Shown here in pieces: positions 1 through 11,989 of a stretch of DNA of 64,000 nt (positions are counted from its first letter, which is position 1; every line of letters starts with the position of its first letter). Made by a program: the position numbers and the translations under genes. The notes under the pieces were generated by a model that was not told the DNA's origin, ran no database searches, and was given only the letters and a program-made list of their open reading frames with translations. Location: assembly GCA_951406725.2 (NCBI GenBank), contig OX597817.1, positions 166,470,001 to 166,534,000 of the forward strand, given 5' to 3'. The DNA comes from Octopus vulgaris. Taxonomy: Eukaryota.

Positions 1-286
1 AGATACTTCAACAGTCTCAATTTCCTTACAATATACCACGTCGAAACGTCAGTTTGTATTTCTTACAAGAGCGACCCTTCAGACGACATATGTTCATTTC
101 GTTCACTTTCTTTAAATGACATAGTTCAACGTAGACAGTGGCGCCCCGTTCTTAAAATTCGTGTACCTCTTAAATAAAATATCGCCTTTCTCTACTTTTC
201 AAATAAATTATATATCCCGAAACTTTTGCAATAATTTATACACGCGACAGCAAATACCCAGCCTTATAAATTTTTTTATAGACTCA

Positions 287-366
<80 letters not shown>

Positions 367-861
367 ATGTATATGAAGTTAAAAAATAGAAAAACAAGGT
401 CACCATAATATCATCATCATTATCGGATCATCATAGTATTCGTCGTCACCGTCGTCATCATCATCCATCTCCTTTTTCTAGGAGACCTAAAAATATTTCC
501 AAATATATTATATGTAAATAATCGGCTTTCTCCGCCCTTTCTCTGCCCTTCATCTACATCACGATATCAAAAGATATCAACGTGCGTCTGTGAAGGGCGT
601 GGTTATTGCCGTTTTTGTCTGTTGCAGTTGTTGCTGTTGATGTTGTTGTCGTTGTCCTTGCTGTTGTTTATGGCTTTCTTTGTTGTTGTATCTGTCTGAA
701 ACATGTCTGTCGTTTGTTTGGCTTATATATTAGTGTCTTTGGTGTTATTGTCTTTCACCCTATATTTTTAGTTCTTTATGTCGTTTTGCAAATTTTTTTT
801 GTACCAGTCACCCCCAGTTACCACGAGTTGTTCAAAGAAAACGTTGTTTTATTTAGGTGGT

Positions 862-1198
862 GACCCCCTTCGGTCAGACACTGACCATGGGTTTGCACCT
901 AGAGAGTTACTCTCTGAGGCACAAGTCTGAGCAAGGTTGTTTTGTTTATGGAAGACCAGCAGTCGCCCATGCATACCGGTCTCCCCTCTCCACGCCACCA
1001 GTGTTATCCAAGGGAAAGGCAAAGGTCGATACAGCTTGGCACCTGCGACGTCGCAACTCATTTCTACAGCTGAGTGAACTGGAGCAACGTGAAATAAAGT
1101 GTCTTGCTCAAGAACACAACACGCAGCCCGGTCTGGGATTCGAGCTCACAACCTCACGATCGTAAGCTCGACGCTCTAACCACTGAGCCACGCGCCTT
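862..1198 (-). mobile_element. tRNA-derived SINE, family D (tRNA head + CORE-like central domain)
   Basis: Minus strand begins GGCGCGTGGCTCAGTGGTTAGAGCG (A box) ... GCTCGAATCCC (B-box-like), then CTTGAGCAAGACACTT...CAGCTGTAGAAATGAG; related copies at 3337-3643 and 43929-44251. Confidence 0.85.
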
Positions 1199-1402
1199 AG
1201 TTAGGTATACAATATCGAAGTGTAACAGACTAGTTATTTGGGTCAAGAAAATTCAGTTGGTCTTGTTGTTCATACCTTTCCCAAATAATACTTTACTTGA
1301 GGATACAAGTGGTATTAGTTTCTAAGTGGAATGTAAACCGTAACGTTGTCTCCAGATTACTAGAATTTTAGCTATCCTTCGTTAACGCTCAACGTAATTA
1401 GA

Positions 1403-1562
1403 CGCAGGTGTAGTTGTGTGACAAGAAGTTTGCTTGCCAGTCACGTATTTCCTGGGTTCAGTCACAATGTGTGGTTCCTTAAGCAACTATCTTCTACTAT
1501 AGTCTCGGACCGGCCAAAGCCTTGTAATTGAGTTTTCTAAACAGAAACTGAAAAAAGCACGT
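1403..1562 (+). mobile_element. Degenerate 5' half of SINE family A
   Basis: Diverged match to the 5' half of the 38552-39003 copy (GGGTTCAGTC...CCAAAGCCTTGT...GAAACTGAAA), ending in (TA)n. Confidence 0.65.
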
Positions 1563-1717
1563 ATATATATATGTATATAAATTAGAGAAGAACCACCATG
1601 TAGCAATTCAACAATGATATAATTAAATCATACCATATAGAAAAAAATTAAATATACGCTAAACCTAGAACTAAATAAAATACAAAATAATAAATAGTAT
1701 ATAATTAGTAATTACAC

Positions 1718-1781
1718 TACATGTGTTTCGTGGCTATATTTTAAAACTGATCAATTCAATTTAAATATAGTCACTCATCAG
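1718..1781 (-). ncRNA. HHR-like core with long stem II in an AT-rich pLTR-like module (1580-1840)
   Basis: Minus: CTGATGA-GTGACTATATTT...AAATATAGCCAC-GAAA-CACATG-TA; stem II pairs, stem I does not. Confidence 0.55.
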
Positions 1782-1841
1782 ATCCAAGATAAAATAAAAT
1801 AATTAGATAAATGTACGTATATTATCTTATATATATTTATA

Positions 1842-2574
1842 TATAATTTCAACAATTGAGGGTAAAATTAATTAATTAATCAATTTTACCAAGTATTCAG
1901 TATACAAAGGGACCATTTAAGGCGAATTCAAATTATTACATTATATAAAAGGGCTTAGTAAAATAAATTACTTTGCCGCATACTGAACTCATTAGAAATA
2001 GCAGCTAAAAAAACTTTTTCAAAAACTATTTCCAATACTTAAAGAAAACCTTTCTCATATAGTGTTTGCTCAATTCAACTCACAAAAGTATGGGGGTAGA
2101 GACATTAAAAAATCAAATGCAAAGGTTATTTGAGAACGTACGTTTCAAGATTAGTCAAAATCGACACTTCTATCATCAGCTCAGAACTCCCTGGTTTGGA
2201 TTTGAAAACACTGAAAGTGGGAGCATACCCTTTCGGCTTGTTATCACTTCAGAAGATCTGCTCAAAACTAACAGTGCCAGCAAATTCAAATATGCAAGCG
2301 AAGAATTTCTGCTCTCCCCTTTCCACCAGCGTGGGTTAAAATCAGCAAACACTATGCTTTTTTCGGTAAAATCCGAGGCATTATATAGAGAGAGATGAAT
2401 TATAATTTCAACAATTGAGGGTAAAATTAATTAATTAATCAATTTTACCAAGTATTCAGTATACAAAGGGACCATTTAAGGCGAATTCAAATTATTACAT
2501 TATATAAAAGGGCTTAGTAAAATAAATTACTTTGCCGCATACTGAACTCATTAGAAATAGCAGCTAAAAAAACG
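1842..2574. repeat. ~173-bp direct repeats (1842-2014, 2402-2574) flanking ~390 bp of unique sequence
   Basis: TATAATTTCAACAATTGAGGGTAAAATT...GAAATAGCAGCTAAAAAAAC occurs twice, apparently identical. Confidence 0.9.
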
Positions 2575-2771
2575 GTAAGAGAGCTTGAGCCCCTCGAGCG
2601 GTGGGGGACGCTCGGTGCTTGTCCCTCCCGTAAGAGGGTGACTAAAAGTACCGAAGCACCTTCCGGGTCTCAGGCATACCCGGGCTCGTGATGCTGTGTG
2701 GGTCATCTCGTAGTAGCAAAAACCCCACCCCGCGGGTTGACCGGCCGGGGCTACCTGCGGCATATATATAT

Positions 2772-3011
2772 AAATAAATGAAAGAATGGAGTTGAACGAC
2801 GATTTAACAAAATTCCTTTATTATCGACATATGTTTCGAAGACTGCATATTCCTAATTTCGGAGGAATAAGGGATTCATTGTGCCGCCTTCTCATCAGGA
2901 AAGACAAGGAACTTATGTCAGTATCAAGATGAACAAAAACTCTTAGATGACTGCCCACACGGAGTCCATAGCGATAGCGAATTATCCATACTAGGATAAT
3001 TCATTCAACTA

Positions 3012-3067
<56 letters not shown>

Positions 3068-3250
3068 AGCATCATGATGAACAAAAACTTTTAGATGACT
3101 GCCCACACGGAGTCACACAAGTTTCCACACGAAAGCACGTGATCTCTGCCCTTGGCATGTAGCTTCAACCGTCTTTTTCTGACGTGAATTTGCTACCCGG
3201 GTATCGGTTAACCGAATTATCCATACTAGGATAATTCATTCAACTACTTA
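2772..3250 (-). mobile_element. Non-coding PLE-related mini element with HHR and internal partial tandem duplication
   Basis: Shares a 5' motif (CCGGGTAGCAAATTCAC) and a 3' end (ACTCCATT) with the PLE at 17200-19550; 2914-3015 is partly duplicated at 3062-3250. Confidence 0.6.
2823..2901 (-). ncRNA. Type I hammerhead ribozyme, PLE-type with palindromic stem III
   Basis: Minus: TTC-CTGATGA-GAAGGCGGCA...TGCAGTCTTC-GAAA-CATATG-TC-GAT-AATAAA; intact core, GUC cleavage triplet, weak stem I. Confidence 0.7.
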
Positions 3251-3256
3251 AATGTT

Positions 3257-3300
<44 letters not shown>

Positions 3301-3336
3301 CCATCCTTTTGCAACTAAGTTTTATATATGTATGTA

Positions 3337-3643
3337 AGGGTAAAGACCCCCTTCGGTCATGAATGACCATGGGATTGCACCTAGAAAGTTACCCTCCTAG
3401 ACACAAGTCCGGGCAAGGTTGTTTATGGAAGACCAGCAGTCGCCCATGCATACCAGCCTCCCTCTCCACGCCACCAGTGTTATCCAAAGGAAAGACAAAG
3501 GTCGATACAGCTTGGCACCAGTGACGTCGCAACTCATTTCTACAGCTGAGTGAACTGGAGCAACGTGAAATAAAGTGCCTTGCTCAAGAACACAACACGC
3601 ACGATCGTAAGCTCGACGCTCTAACCACTGAGCCATGCGCCTT
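3337..3643 (-). mobile_element. SINE family D, internal deletion of the B-box region
   Basis: Homologous to 862-1198; flanked by duplicated CATCCTTTTGCAACTAAGTTTTATATATGTATGTA. Confidence 0.85.
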
Positions 3644-3665
3644 CACTACATATATGTATGTATGC

Positions 3666-3706
<41 letters not shown>

Positions 3707-3730
3707 ACGCATCCTTTTGCAACTAAGTTT

Positions 3731-3764
<34 letters not shown>

Positions 3765-4121
3765 TGTATGTATGTATGTATGTATGTATGTATGTATGTA
3801 TGTATGTATGTATGTATGTATGTATGTATGTATATATGTATGTATGTATGTATGTATGCATATATATATATATATATTTAAGTAATAAGGATAAAAAATT
3901 GATATTAATTTGATTAATATCAATTTAATGTGAAAGTTGAAGACTGGAAGCAGTTGACGCAAGATCGATCGGTTTTAAAAAAAAGTGATCAACAACAGAT
4001 GTAAAGCATTTGAAGCTCGAAGAATTGAATAATCTATCTTTAAACGAGCACTGTATGTATGTATGTATGTATGTATGTATTGGTGGATGGATGTATAGAT
4101 GTATGTATGTATGCATGTATG

Positions 4122-4157
<36 letters not shown>

Positions 4158-4185
4158 AACTATTGCTTAACCATATTCTCACATC

Positions 4186-4233
4186 GTCTCCGATGAAGGG
4201 ATATATAAAATATCCCGAAAACAGCTGTAAGAC
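4186..4233 (+). ncRNA. Minimal HHR-like motif (variant core)
   Basis: GTCT-CCGATGA-A-GGGATAT(ATAAA)ATATCCC-GAAA-ACAGCTGT-A-AGAC; stems I and II pair, stem III palindromic, U4>C. Confidence 0.6.
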
Positions 4234-4464
4234 TATTTATAAACGTTCTGAAATCTTTCACAGCCTTGGATTTTTATCTCATTCTGTTAATTTTTTTTAA
4301 TACATACACATGCTGATATATGGCCTACGTTGGACTTCTCATTCGCATAATCACCGAATCTGGAGTTTAACTATAGTCCGTCCATAGCACTTAATCAGCA
4401 TTGCCTGATAGCTTTGGGTATTCTTGACACCATTACCTCTCATAACCAATATATATATATATAT

Positions 4465-4750
4465 CTGGAGAGTTTACAAAAAAACAAAAGACGAAGACAG
4501 GTGGTGTAGACAACGAACAGATGTATTAGTTTAACGCTCGGCAAGTGAAAAAGTCTTTAACGTTTCGAGCCTATGCTCTTACACGGAAAGGAACACAGAA
4601 AGAAACTAGGAGAGAAAACAGAGAATGTGTAGTCGTTAGCGATCTGTCATGGTGTAGTGTTATGTGGGATGGTGTTGGGAGGAGGAGGAGTATCTGGGAA
4701 TGGTGTAAGGGATGAGGTGGGGTGGGATGGGATGGATAGAGAAGGTGGGG
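4465..4750 (-). mobile_element. 3' pLTR fragment of Neptune-like PLE with degenerate HHR (4554-4590)
   Basis: Reverse complement resembles 21180-21347 (GAGCATAGGCTCGAAACGTTAAAGAC); abuts (TA)n. Confidence 0.65.
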
Positions 4751-4814
4751 GTTATATATATATACGTATGTTTAAAAAAAATATATATATATGTATTTTT
4801 ATTTTATTTAAATT

Positions 4815-5258
4815 TTATTTAGTTTCAGCTCACAAGCTGTGGCCATGCTGGGGCACCGCCATTTGGTGTTGCTACATGATTTTCCTTCACGAATGCTTTT
4901 TAGCAAATGCCATCTGGTGCATGAGAGAATTCAATGCAGCTGCCCTCATCTGCACCTCCTGCCGTGAAGTTGGTTCATCTGGGACACCTGACAAGAAGAG
5001 ATCCAGTTTCATTTTAAAGACATCTGCATCCACCCCATGCAGGTCTCTTAGGTTCTTCGGGAAGATATTGAAGAGTTGTGGGTCTCGGAAGCCCAGGCTA
5101 TCACAGTGTCTTGTCCTACATCTTGATGGCAGATTTGGAGTCCTTGGCACTATGCAGTGGCGCTCAGTTCTGGCATTTGTGTAACTCTCGATGCCAAAGT
5201 TTGGGACAAGTCCTTCTAGGATCTTCCAGATGTATATTATGGCATATCTTTCTCGCCT
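4815..5258 (-). mobile_element. 5'-truncated CR1/L2-like LINE: RT C-terminus plus 3' UTR
   Basis: Minus translation RRERYAIIYIWKILEGLVPNFG...PQLFNIFPKNLRDL...FKMKLDLFLSGVPDEP...AALNSL resembles CR1/L2 ORF2 ends; tail GGCGGTGCCCCAGCATGGCCACAG. Confidence 0.8.
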
Positions 5259-5269
5259 ATAAAATCAAA

Positions 5270-5632
5270 ATGAGGGTGAAAAATTGGATATTAATTTTAT
5301 AACATCAATTTAACACCACTGGTCTAGCATATAAAAAAACTGAGATTCAGTAAAAAGTATTTTATACATAAATATAAGAGGGGACAACTATGTGGAACCC
5401 CTTACGCTAGAAAAAGATTCCCTATGGTCTCTACCACTAAGAATTGTTCTCCAGAAAATTTAGCACACCAGAAACGTAAGCGAGCAAGACAAATGAAAAA
5501 TAGCAAAAATATAGATTAATCACAAACAATTGTTTGTGATTTTTCTGGAGAACAATTCTTAGTGGTTGAGACCATAGCGGATCTTTTTCTAGCGTAAGGG
5601 TTTCCACATAGTGAGTTCCCTGCTTATATTTA

Positions 5633-5634
<2 letters not shown>
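5270..5634. repeat. Fold-back element (arms ~5388-5458 / 5542-5612, central palindrome AATCACAAACAATTGTTTGTGATT)
   Basis: Arms are reverse-complementary with few mismatches; homologous to 58857-59295. Confidence 0.85.
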
Positions 5635-5699
<65 letters not shown>

Positions 5700-5758
5700 C
5701 ACGTAGATCTGCGTTTATATACACATACATATACATACATATATATATATATATATAT

Positions 5759-6760
5759 CATCATCATCATCATCATCATTTAGCGTCCGCTTTCAATGCT
5801 AGCATGGGTTGGACGGGTCAACTGGGGTCTGTGAAGCTGGAAGGCTTCGTCAGGCCCAGTCAGATCTGGCAGTGTTTCTACGGCTGGATGCCCTTCCTAA
5901 CGCCAACCACTCCGCGAGTGTAGTGGGTGTTTTTTACGTGCCACCTGCACAGGTGCCAGACAGAGCTGGCGAACGGCCACGAACGGATGGTGCTTTTACG
6001 TGTCACCGGCACGGGGCCAGGCGATGCTGGCAATGGACACGAACGGATGGTGCTTTTACGTGCCACCGACACGGTTGCCAGGCAGAGCTGGCAAACGGCC
6101 ACGAGCGAATGGTGCTTTTACGTATCACCGGCACGGGGGCCAGGCGAGGCTGGCAACGAACACGAACGGATGGTGCTTTTACGTGCCACCGACACGGGGG
6201 CCAGGCAGAGCTGGCAAACGGCCACGAACGGACGGTGCTTTTACGTGTCACCGGCACGGGGGCCAGCCGAGGCTGGCAACGGACACGAACGGATGGTGCT
6301 TTTACGTGCCACCGACACGGGGGCCAGACAGAGCTGGCAAACGGCCACGAACGGATGGTGCTTTTACGTATCACCGGCACGGGTGCCAGACGAGGCTGAC
6401 AGCGGACACGAACGGATGGTGCTTTTACGTGCCACCGACACGGGGCCAGGCAGAGCTGGCAAACGGCCACGAACGGACGGTGCTTTTACGTGTCACCGGC
6501 ACGGGGGCCAGGCGAGGCTGGCAACGAACACGAACGGATGGTGCTTTTACGTGCCACCGACACGGTTGCCAGACAGAGCTGGCAAACGGCCACGAACGGA
6601 CGGTGCTTTTACGTGTCACCGGCACGGGTGCCAGACGAGGCTGACAACGGACACGAACGGATGGGTCACTTAACCCCTGCTTTCTGATATATGATTTGAT
6701 TTTGATTGTTCTCACTGGTCTTGCCGGGTCTTCTCACGCACAGCATACTTCCATAGGTCT
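5759..6760 (-). mobile_element. SINE-like element (family E) with (ATG)n tail and internal minisatellite
   Basis: Minus: GGTTGGCGTTAGGAAGGGCATCCAGCCGTAGAA ... CCAACCCATGCTAGCA...GGACGCTAAATGATGATG, an RTE-type SINE tail by recall. Confidence 0.65.
5925..6662. repeat. GC-rich ~61-bp minisatellite, 12 units, alternating A/B dimer (~122 bp)
   Basis: GAACGGA(T/C)GGTGCTTTTACGT recurs about every 61 bp with two alternating linkers. Confidence 0.95.
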
Positions 6761-6765
6761 ATATT

Positions 6766-6819
<54 letters not shown>

Positions 6820-6984
6820 GACATTTATTCCCACTATTTTACCTTTGACAGCTACATGCACATAAATCTTCTCGGTCACTCCACATCACTTAATCTCTAT
6901 CTGCTTCTCTATCCATATCTCCCTCTCTCTGTACTCTGTTAATATGCCTCTCCTTCACCCACCCTCTCTCTGTCTGTCTGTCTG

Positions 6985-7985
6985 TATCTCTCTCTCTCTC
7001 TCTCTTTCACTCAGTCACTTCTTCCATTTCATTCTCTATATCTCTCTCTCTCTCTTTCACTCAGTCACTTCTTCCATTTCATTCTCTATATCTCTCTCTC
7101 TCTCTTTCACTCAGTCACTTCTTCCATTTCATTCTCTATATCTCTCTCTCTCTCTCTCTTTCACTCAGTCACTTCTTCCATTTCATTCTCTATATCTCTC
7201 TCTCTCTCTTTCACTCAGTCACTTCTTCCATTTCATTCTCTATATCTCTCTCTCTCTCTTTCACTCAGTCACTTCTTCCATTTCATTCTCTATATCTCTC
7301 TCTCTCTCTTTCACTCAGTCACTTCTTCCATTTCATTCTCTATCTCTCTCTCTCTCTTTCACTCAGTCACTTCTTCCATTTCATTCTCTATATATCTCTC
7401 TCTCTCTTTCACTCAGTCACTTCTTCCATTTCATTCTCTATATCTCTCTCTCTCTTTTTCACTCAGTCACTTCTTCTATTCCATTCTCTATATATCTCTC
7501 TCTCTCTTTCACTCAGTCACTTCTTCCATTTCATTCTCTATATCTCTCTCTCTCTTTCACTCAGTCACTTCTTCCATTTCATTCTCTATATCTCTCTCTC
7601 TCTTTCACTCAGTCACTTCTTCCATTTCATTCTCTATATCTCTCTCTCTCTTTCACTCAGTCACTTCTTCCATTTCATTCTCTATATCTCTCTCTCTCTC
7701 TTTCACTCAGTCACTTCTTCCATTTCATTCTCTATATCTCTCTCTCTCTCTTTCACTCAGTCACTTCTTCCATTTCATTCTCTATATCTCTCTCTCTCTC
7801 TTTCAGTCACTTCTTCCATTTTATTCTCTATATCTCTCTCTCTCTCTTTCACTCAGTCACTTCTTCCATTTCATTCTCTATATCTCTCTCTCTCTCTTTC
7901 ACTCAGTCACTTCTTCCATTTCATTCTCTATATCTCTCTCTCTCTTTTTCACTCAGTCACTTCTTCTATTCCATTCTCTATATCT
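6985..7985. repeat. ~50-bp pyrimidine-rich minisatellite, about 20 units with variable (CT)n
   Basis: TCACTCAGTCACTTCTTCCATTTCATTCTCTATA(TC)n repeated in tandem. Confidence 0.95.
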
Positions 7986-8311
7986 CTCAATCTATCTAAC
8001 TTCCCATTTTTTCTAGTATGATGCTATAACCGATTCAGGGCTCAATCAGACCTTTAATATCTATGGACAATTAAAGTGATAAAGTCTTTTAAAACGTACC
8101 GGAAGTTGGTTCAATGCCAACCGAAGCTGATTGCTATCAAAGAAAGTTGTCAGCGCATGTTTTTGACATGCATTTATATTAAAAAGTGCCACCCTGAATA
8201 TAAAACGGATAGACTAAGATTGTTTCATATTATATGACAACTGTCATTATGGAAGCGAAATTAATAACTTGGAAGTGAGAAATATACAAAATTGAATATC
8301 AGCTATATACG

Positions 8312-8377
<66 letters not shown>

Positions 8378-8411
8378 CATTTCTCTCTCTCTGTATGCAT
8401 ACACAGACACA

Positions 8412-8489
<78 letters not shown>

Positions 8490-8495
8490 CATTAA

Positions 8496-8723
8496 GGCGG
8501 CGAGCTGGCAGAAACGTTAGCACGCCGGGCGAAATGCGTGGCCGTACTTCGTCTGCCGTTACGTTCTGAGTTCAAATTCCGCCGAGGTCGACTTTGCCTT
8601 TCATCCTTTCGGGGTCGATAAATTAAGTACCAGTTGCGCACTGGGGTCGATGTAATCGACTTAATCCCTTTGTCTGTCCTTATTTGTCCTCTCTGTGTTT
8701 AGCCCCTTGTGGGTAGTAAAGAA

Positions 8724-8726
<3 letters not shown>
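8496..8726 (+). mobile_element. SINE family B monomer (Meta/Sauria-type core)
   Basis: GGCGGCGAGCTGGCAGAA (A-box-like), GAGTTCAAATTCC (B box), core GCCTTTCATCCTTTCGGGGTCGATAAATTAAGTACC. Confidence 0.85.
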
Positions 8727-8791
<65 letters not shown>

Positions 8792-8977
8792 GCCTGTGTG
8801 TGTGAGTGTGTGTATGTAAGATTTTTATAATCGTATTCTTATCTTATATGTATTGAATTATAATGTATATATGTATGGTATTAAGGTTCTCGTTTTTGTT
8901 AAATATATAAATAAGTCAACATTCCATTATCCTAAAGCTGATGAACCAACTAAATTGTTTCTCCATTTTATTATTTG

Positions 8978-9036
<59 letters not shown>

Positions 9037-9085
9037 CGTGCATAAATACATAAACACACGTATATCACTCCCTCTCCCTCTCTGT

Positions 9086-9455
9086 GTATGGTAAGAATCT
9101 TGCTTCCCAACCACATGGTTCCGGGTTCAGTCCCACTGCATGACACCTTGGCAAGTGTCTTCTACTATATCCTCGAGCCGACCAAAGCCTTGTGAGTGGA
9201 TTTGGTAGACGGAAACTGAAAGAAGCCCGTCGTATATATATATATATGTATTTGTGTGTCTGTGTTTGCCCCCCCCCCATCGCTCAACCAATGTTGGTGT
9301 GTTTAAGTCACCGTAACTTATCGGTTCGGCAAAAGCAACGATAGTATATGTACTAGGTTTACCAAGAAGTCTCGGGTCGAATTGTTCGACTAAAGGCGAT
9401 GCTCCAGCACGGGCGCAGTCAAATGATTCAAACACGTAAAAGAATAAAAGAATAA
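9086..9455 (+). mobile_element. SINE family A with internal (TA)n/(TG)n
   Basis: Near full-length match to 38552-39003. Confidence 0.85.
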
Positions 9456-9604
9456 AACAAAAATGCTAGTTCTAAAATCCCTCTAAGAATTCAACAGAGT
9501 AGTTTTACTAACAAGTAATATTCGTAGTCCCTTCAACATGGTTGTACGTTCGGACGGACTTTACTGCGATTTTTTAACCCCAAGGGGACATCTCCTCTAG
9601 CAGG

Positions 9605-10601
9605 TTAATGACGCACAACTGCATCCGAGATATTGTGCGCGTGAAACAAGATCTTCATCCGCGTAAGACGATGCTGTGCGTATGGTGGGAGTGGAAAGAG
9701 ATTATCCATTACGAGTTGCTTGAACGGAACCAAACGGTCAACACGGAACTCTATGTGTAACAGATAGAACGACTCAACACGGCTATTTAAGAGAAAAGAG
9801 CTAATCGGCAGCATGGAGTTCTTTTGCTGCACGACAACGCACACCCTCATGGATGGAAGCACTCCGTCGGTTACGACGACGAGGGTTCCGGTTGATCCGA
9901 TCAACGGAACAGCCTTCTCGTGAAATTAACGTGTAAGTGGCTGAGCACTCCACAGACACGTGTACCCTTAACGTAGTTCTCGGGGATATTCAGCGTGACA
10001 CAGAGAGTGACAAGGCCGGCCCTTTGAAATACAGGTGCAACAGAAAGAGGAAGTAAGAGTGAGAGAAAGTTATGGTGAAAGAGTACAGCAGGGATCACCA
10101 CCATCCCTGCCGGAGCCTCGTGGAGCTTTAGGTGTTTTCGCTCAATAAACACTCACAACGCCCGGTCTGGGAATCGAAACCGCGATCCTATGACCGCGAG
10201 TCCGCTGCCCTAACCACTGGGCCCTTGCGCCTCCGCACGCCCTCATATCGCCAATATGGCCAAGGAAGCCATTCAAACGCATGACTGGGAAGTGCTGCTA
10301 CACCTGCCGTACTCTCCTGAGTTTGGCACCAACAGAATTTCCACCTCTTTCGATCTCTTTCAAATGCTATGCGTGGTGTTTCGTTCAATACTGATGCAAA
10401 ATTGAGGGATTGGTAGGATCAATTTTTCGAGTCGAAATCAGGTGATTTCTACCAACGAAGTATTGAAAATCTTGTTAAACGTTGGGAAGAAGTTGTAAAC
10501 AACAAGGATGAATACATTATTGATTAATTAGTTATTTTTTACGAAACCTTTTAAAAAAATTAAATTCAAAAAACGGTGGGAACTTAGTTGCCATCTTAAT
10601 A
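9605..10601 (+). mobile_element. Decayed mariner transposon, 3' half, split by a SINE
   Basis: LHPRKTMLCVWW...LLHDNAHPH / IANMAKEAIQ..WEVL..PYSP..FHLFRSL...RWEEVV..EYI*, with stops; TIR GGGAACTTAGTTGCCA; SINE TSD GCAC(A/G)CCCTCAT. Confidence 0.9.
9851..10234 (-). mobile_element. SINE family C (tRNA-like head) inserted in mariner with 12-bp TSD
   Basis: Head GGAGGCGCAAGGGCCCAGTGGTTAGGGCAGCGGACTCGCGGTC...GGTTTCGATTCCC; TSD at 9839-9850 and 10235-10246. Confidence 0.9.
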
Positions 10602-10621
10602 TGTTCTACTCCGTGGATTTC

Positions 10622-10674
10622 ACAGACAGACAGATAGAAAGACAGACAGACAGGCAGATAGATAGATAGTTAGT

Positions 10675-10748
<74 letters not shown>

Positions 10749-10755
10749 GACAGGC

Positions 10756-10825
<70 letters not shown>

Positions 10826-10857
10826 TTAGTTAGATAGATAGATAAATAGATAGATAA
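10622..10857. repeat. (GATA)n microsatellite
   Basis: Direct reading. Confidence 0.95.
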
Positions 10858-11651
10858 AAAGGGCAGGGTATTAAAATGTTTTGAGAGCGGGTACGACCAC
10901 ATATTCGAGTGAGCTGAGTTTTCTTTTGTGGGGGGGGGGGAAACGTGTAGTTATGTGCTTGTCTGTGATTGTGTTAACATGGTGAATACGTCTTTGTACT
11001 TATTCTGATGTACGCATTAAGTATGTTGCGGTATATATGATACGTGTACATAAATGTATGTCTGGTGTGTTAGTTGTGTATGTATGCGTTGTGTCATGCA
11101 ATATCGTTTATGTACAGGGGCCATAGAGAGATGGTACGTAGAAGACATACTAGCATAAGACATAGGCTAAATCAGTGAACCGTGAAAGTACGGACATCGT
11201 GTGTCAAGTGTGTTTTAGTGGTGTAAGGAGGAGGAGGAGGAGGCGGTGGTAAAGCAACGTCGCGTTGTCAGCTGGTTTGTACGCGCGTATGTGTGTGTAT
11301 GTGTGAATGTATGTGTGGAAAGAGCTCGTTCTGGGGCGGATGTGTTTGTATGACTGTGCGTGTGTGTTTGTGTGTGTGTTGTGTGTATGAGTGTGTGTGC
11401 CTGTGTCTATGTGTGTGCGTGCTAGCATCGTTGTTGTTTTAAAACACCAGGTCATCCGTGATAGGTCAGTTCTATCAGTGACCATCCCATCGATATTTTA
11501 TGTGCGAAGAACTGAGAACCGCATAAGCTAATGCTGAGACGGTAACGTGTAATTTGAAAGCGATTTAACTGCTATTACTAACATGTCGAACGGCCACATA
11601 GAGGTTCCCTTGACGGGTGTCATATATGTATGAATGTGTGCGTACACAGAT

Positions 11652-11691
<40 letters not shown>

Positions 11692-11989
11692 GTAGGAAAT
11701 GTGGTGAGAGAGGAAGATGGACAGACCAAGTTAAAGCAGGAGTTTAGGGAGGTATGGGAGCAAGGGAGAAGAGAGCGTGAGACTCTGGGAAGGAAAACAG
11801 AGACAGAACAAATGTGTGTATGTGTGTCTGTGTATGTGTGGTATGTGTGTGTATGAGTTCGTAGGTATGTGAATATGTAAGAGCATATGCGTGCGCGGGT
11901 GTTTATGTGTGAGGCAGCAGAGTGAGATTTAGATAAAAGAGAGCAAAAGATAGGAAACAGTGATGGAGATAGAGAAGAAAGGAATTGAG

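Noticed and set aside
40-85. CGAAACGTCAG and CTGAAGGG(-) HHR-like fragments
   Set aside because: On opposite strands; no complete core can be assembled
1125-1198. tRNA-like sequences at SINE heads (also ~10160-10234, ~29990-30063, ~42225-42300)
   Set aside because: Continue into SINE bodies and lack a complete cloverleaf; not tRNA genes
5809-6715. Long overlapping ORFs and a CRISPR-like look
   Set aside because: ORFs come from a stop-free GC-rich tandem repeat; linkers repeat rather than being unique spacers; no cas genes; eukaryotic context
6944-7999. 351-aa Ser/Leu-rich ORF
   Set aside because: Translation of a minisatellite
8936-8960. CTGATGA followed by a short stem
   Set aside because: No downstream GAAA/stem III; at most a truncated relic
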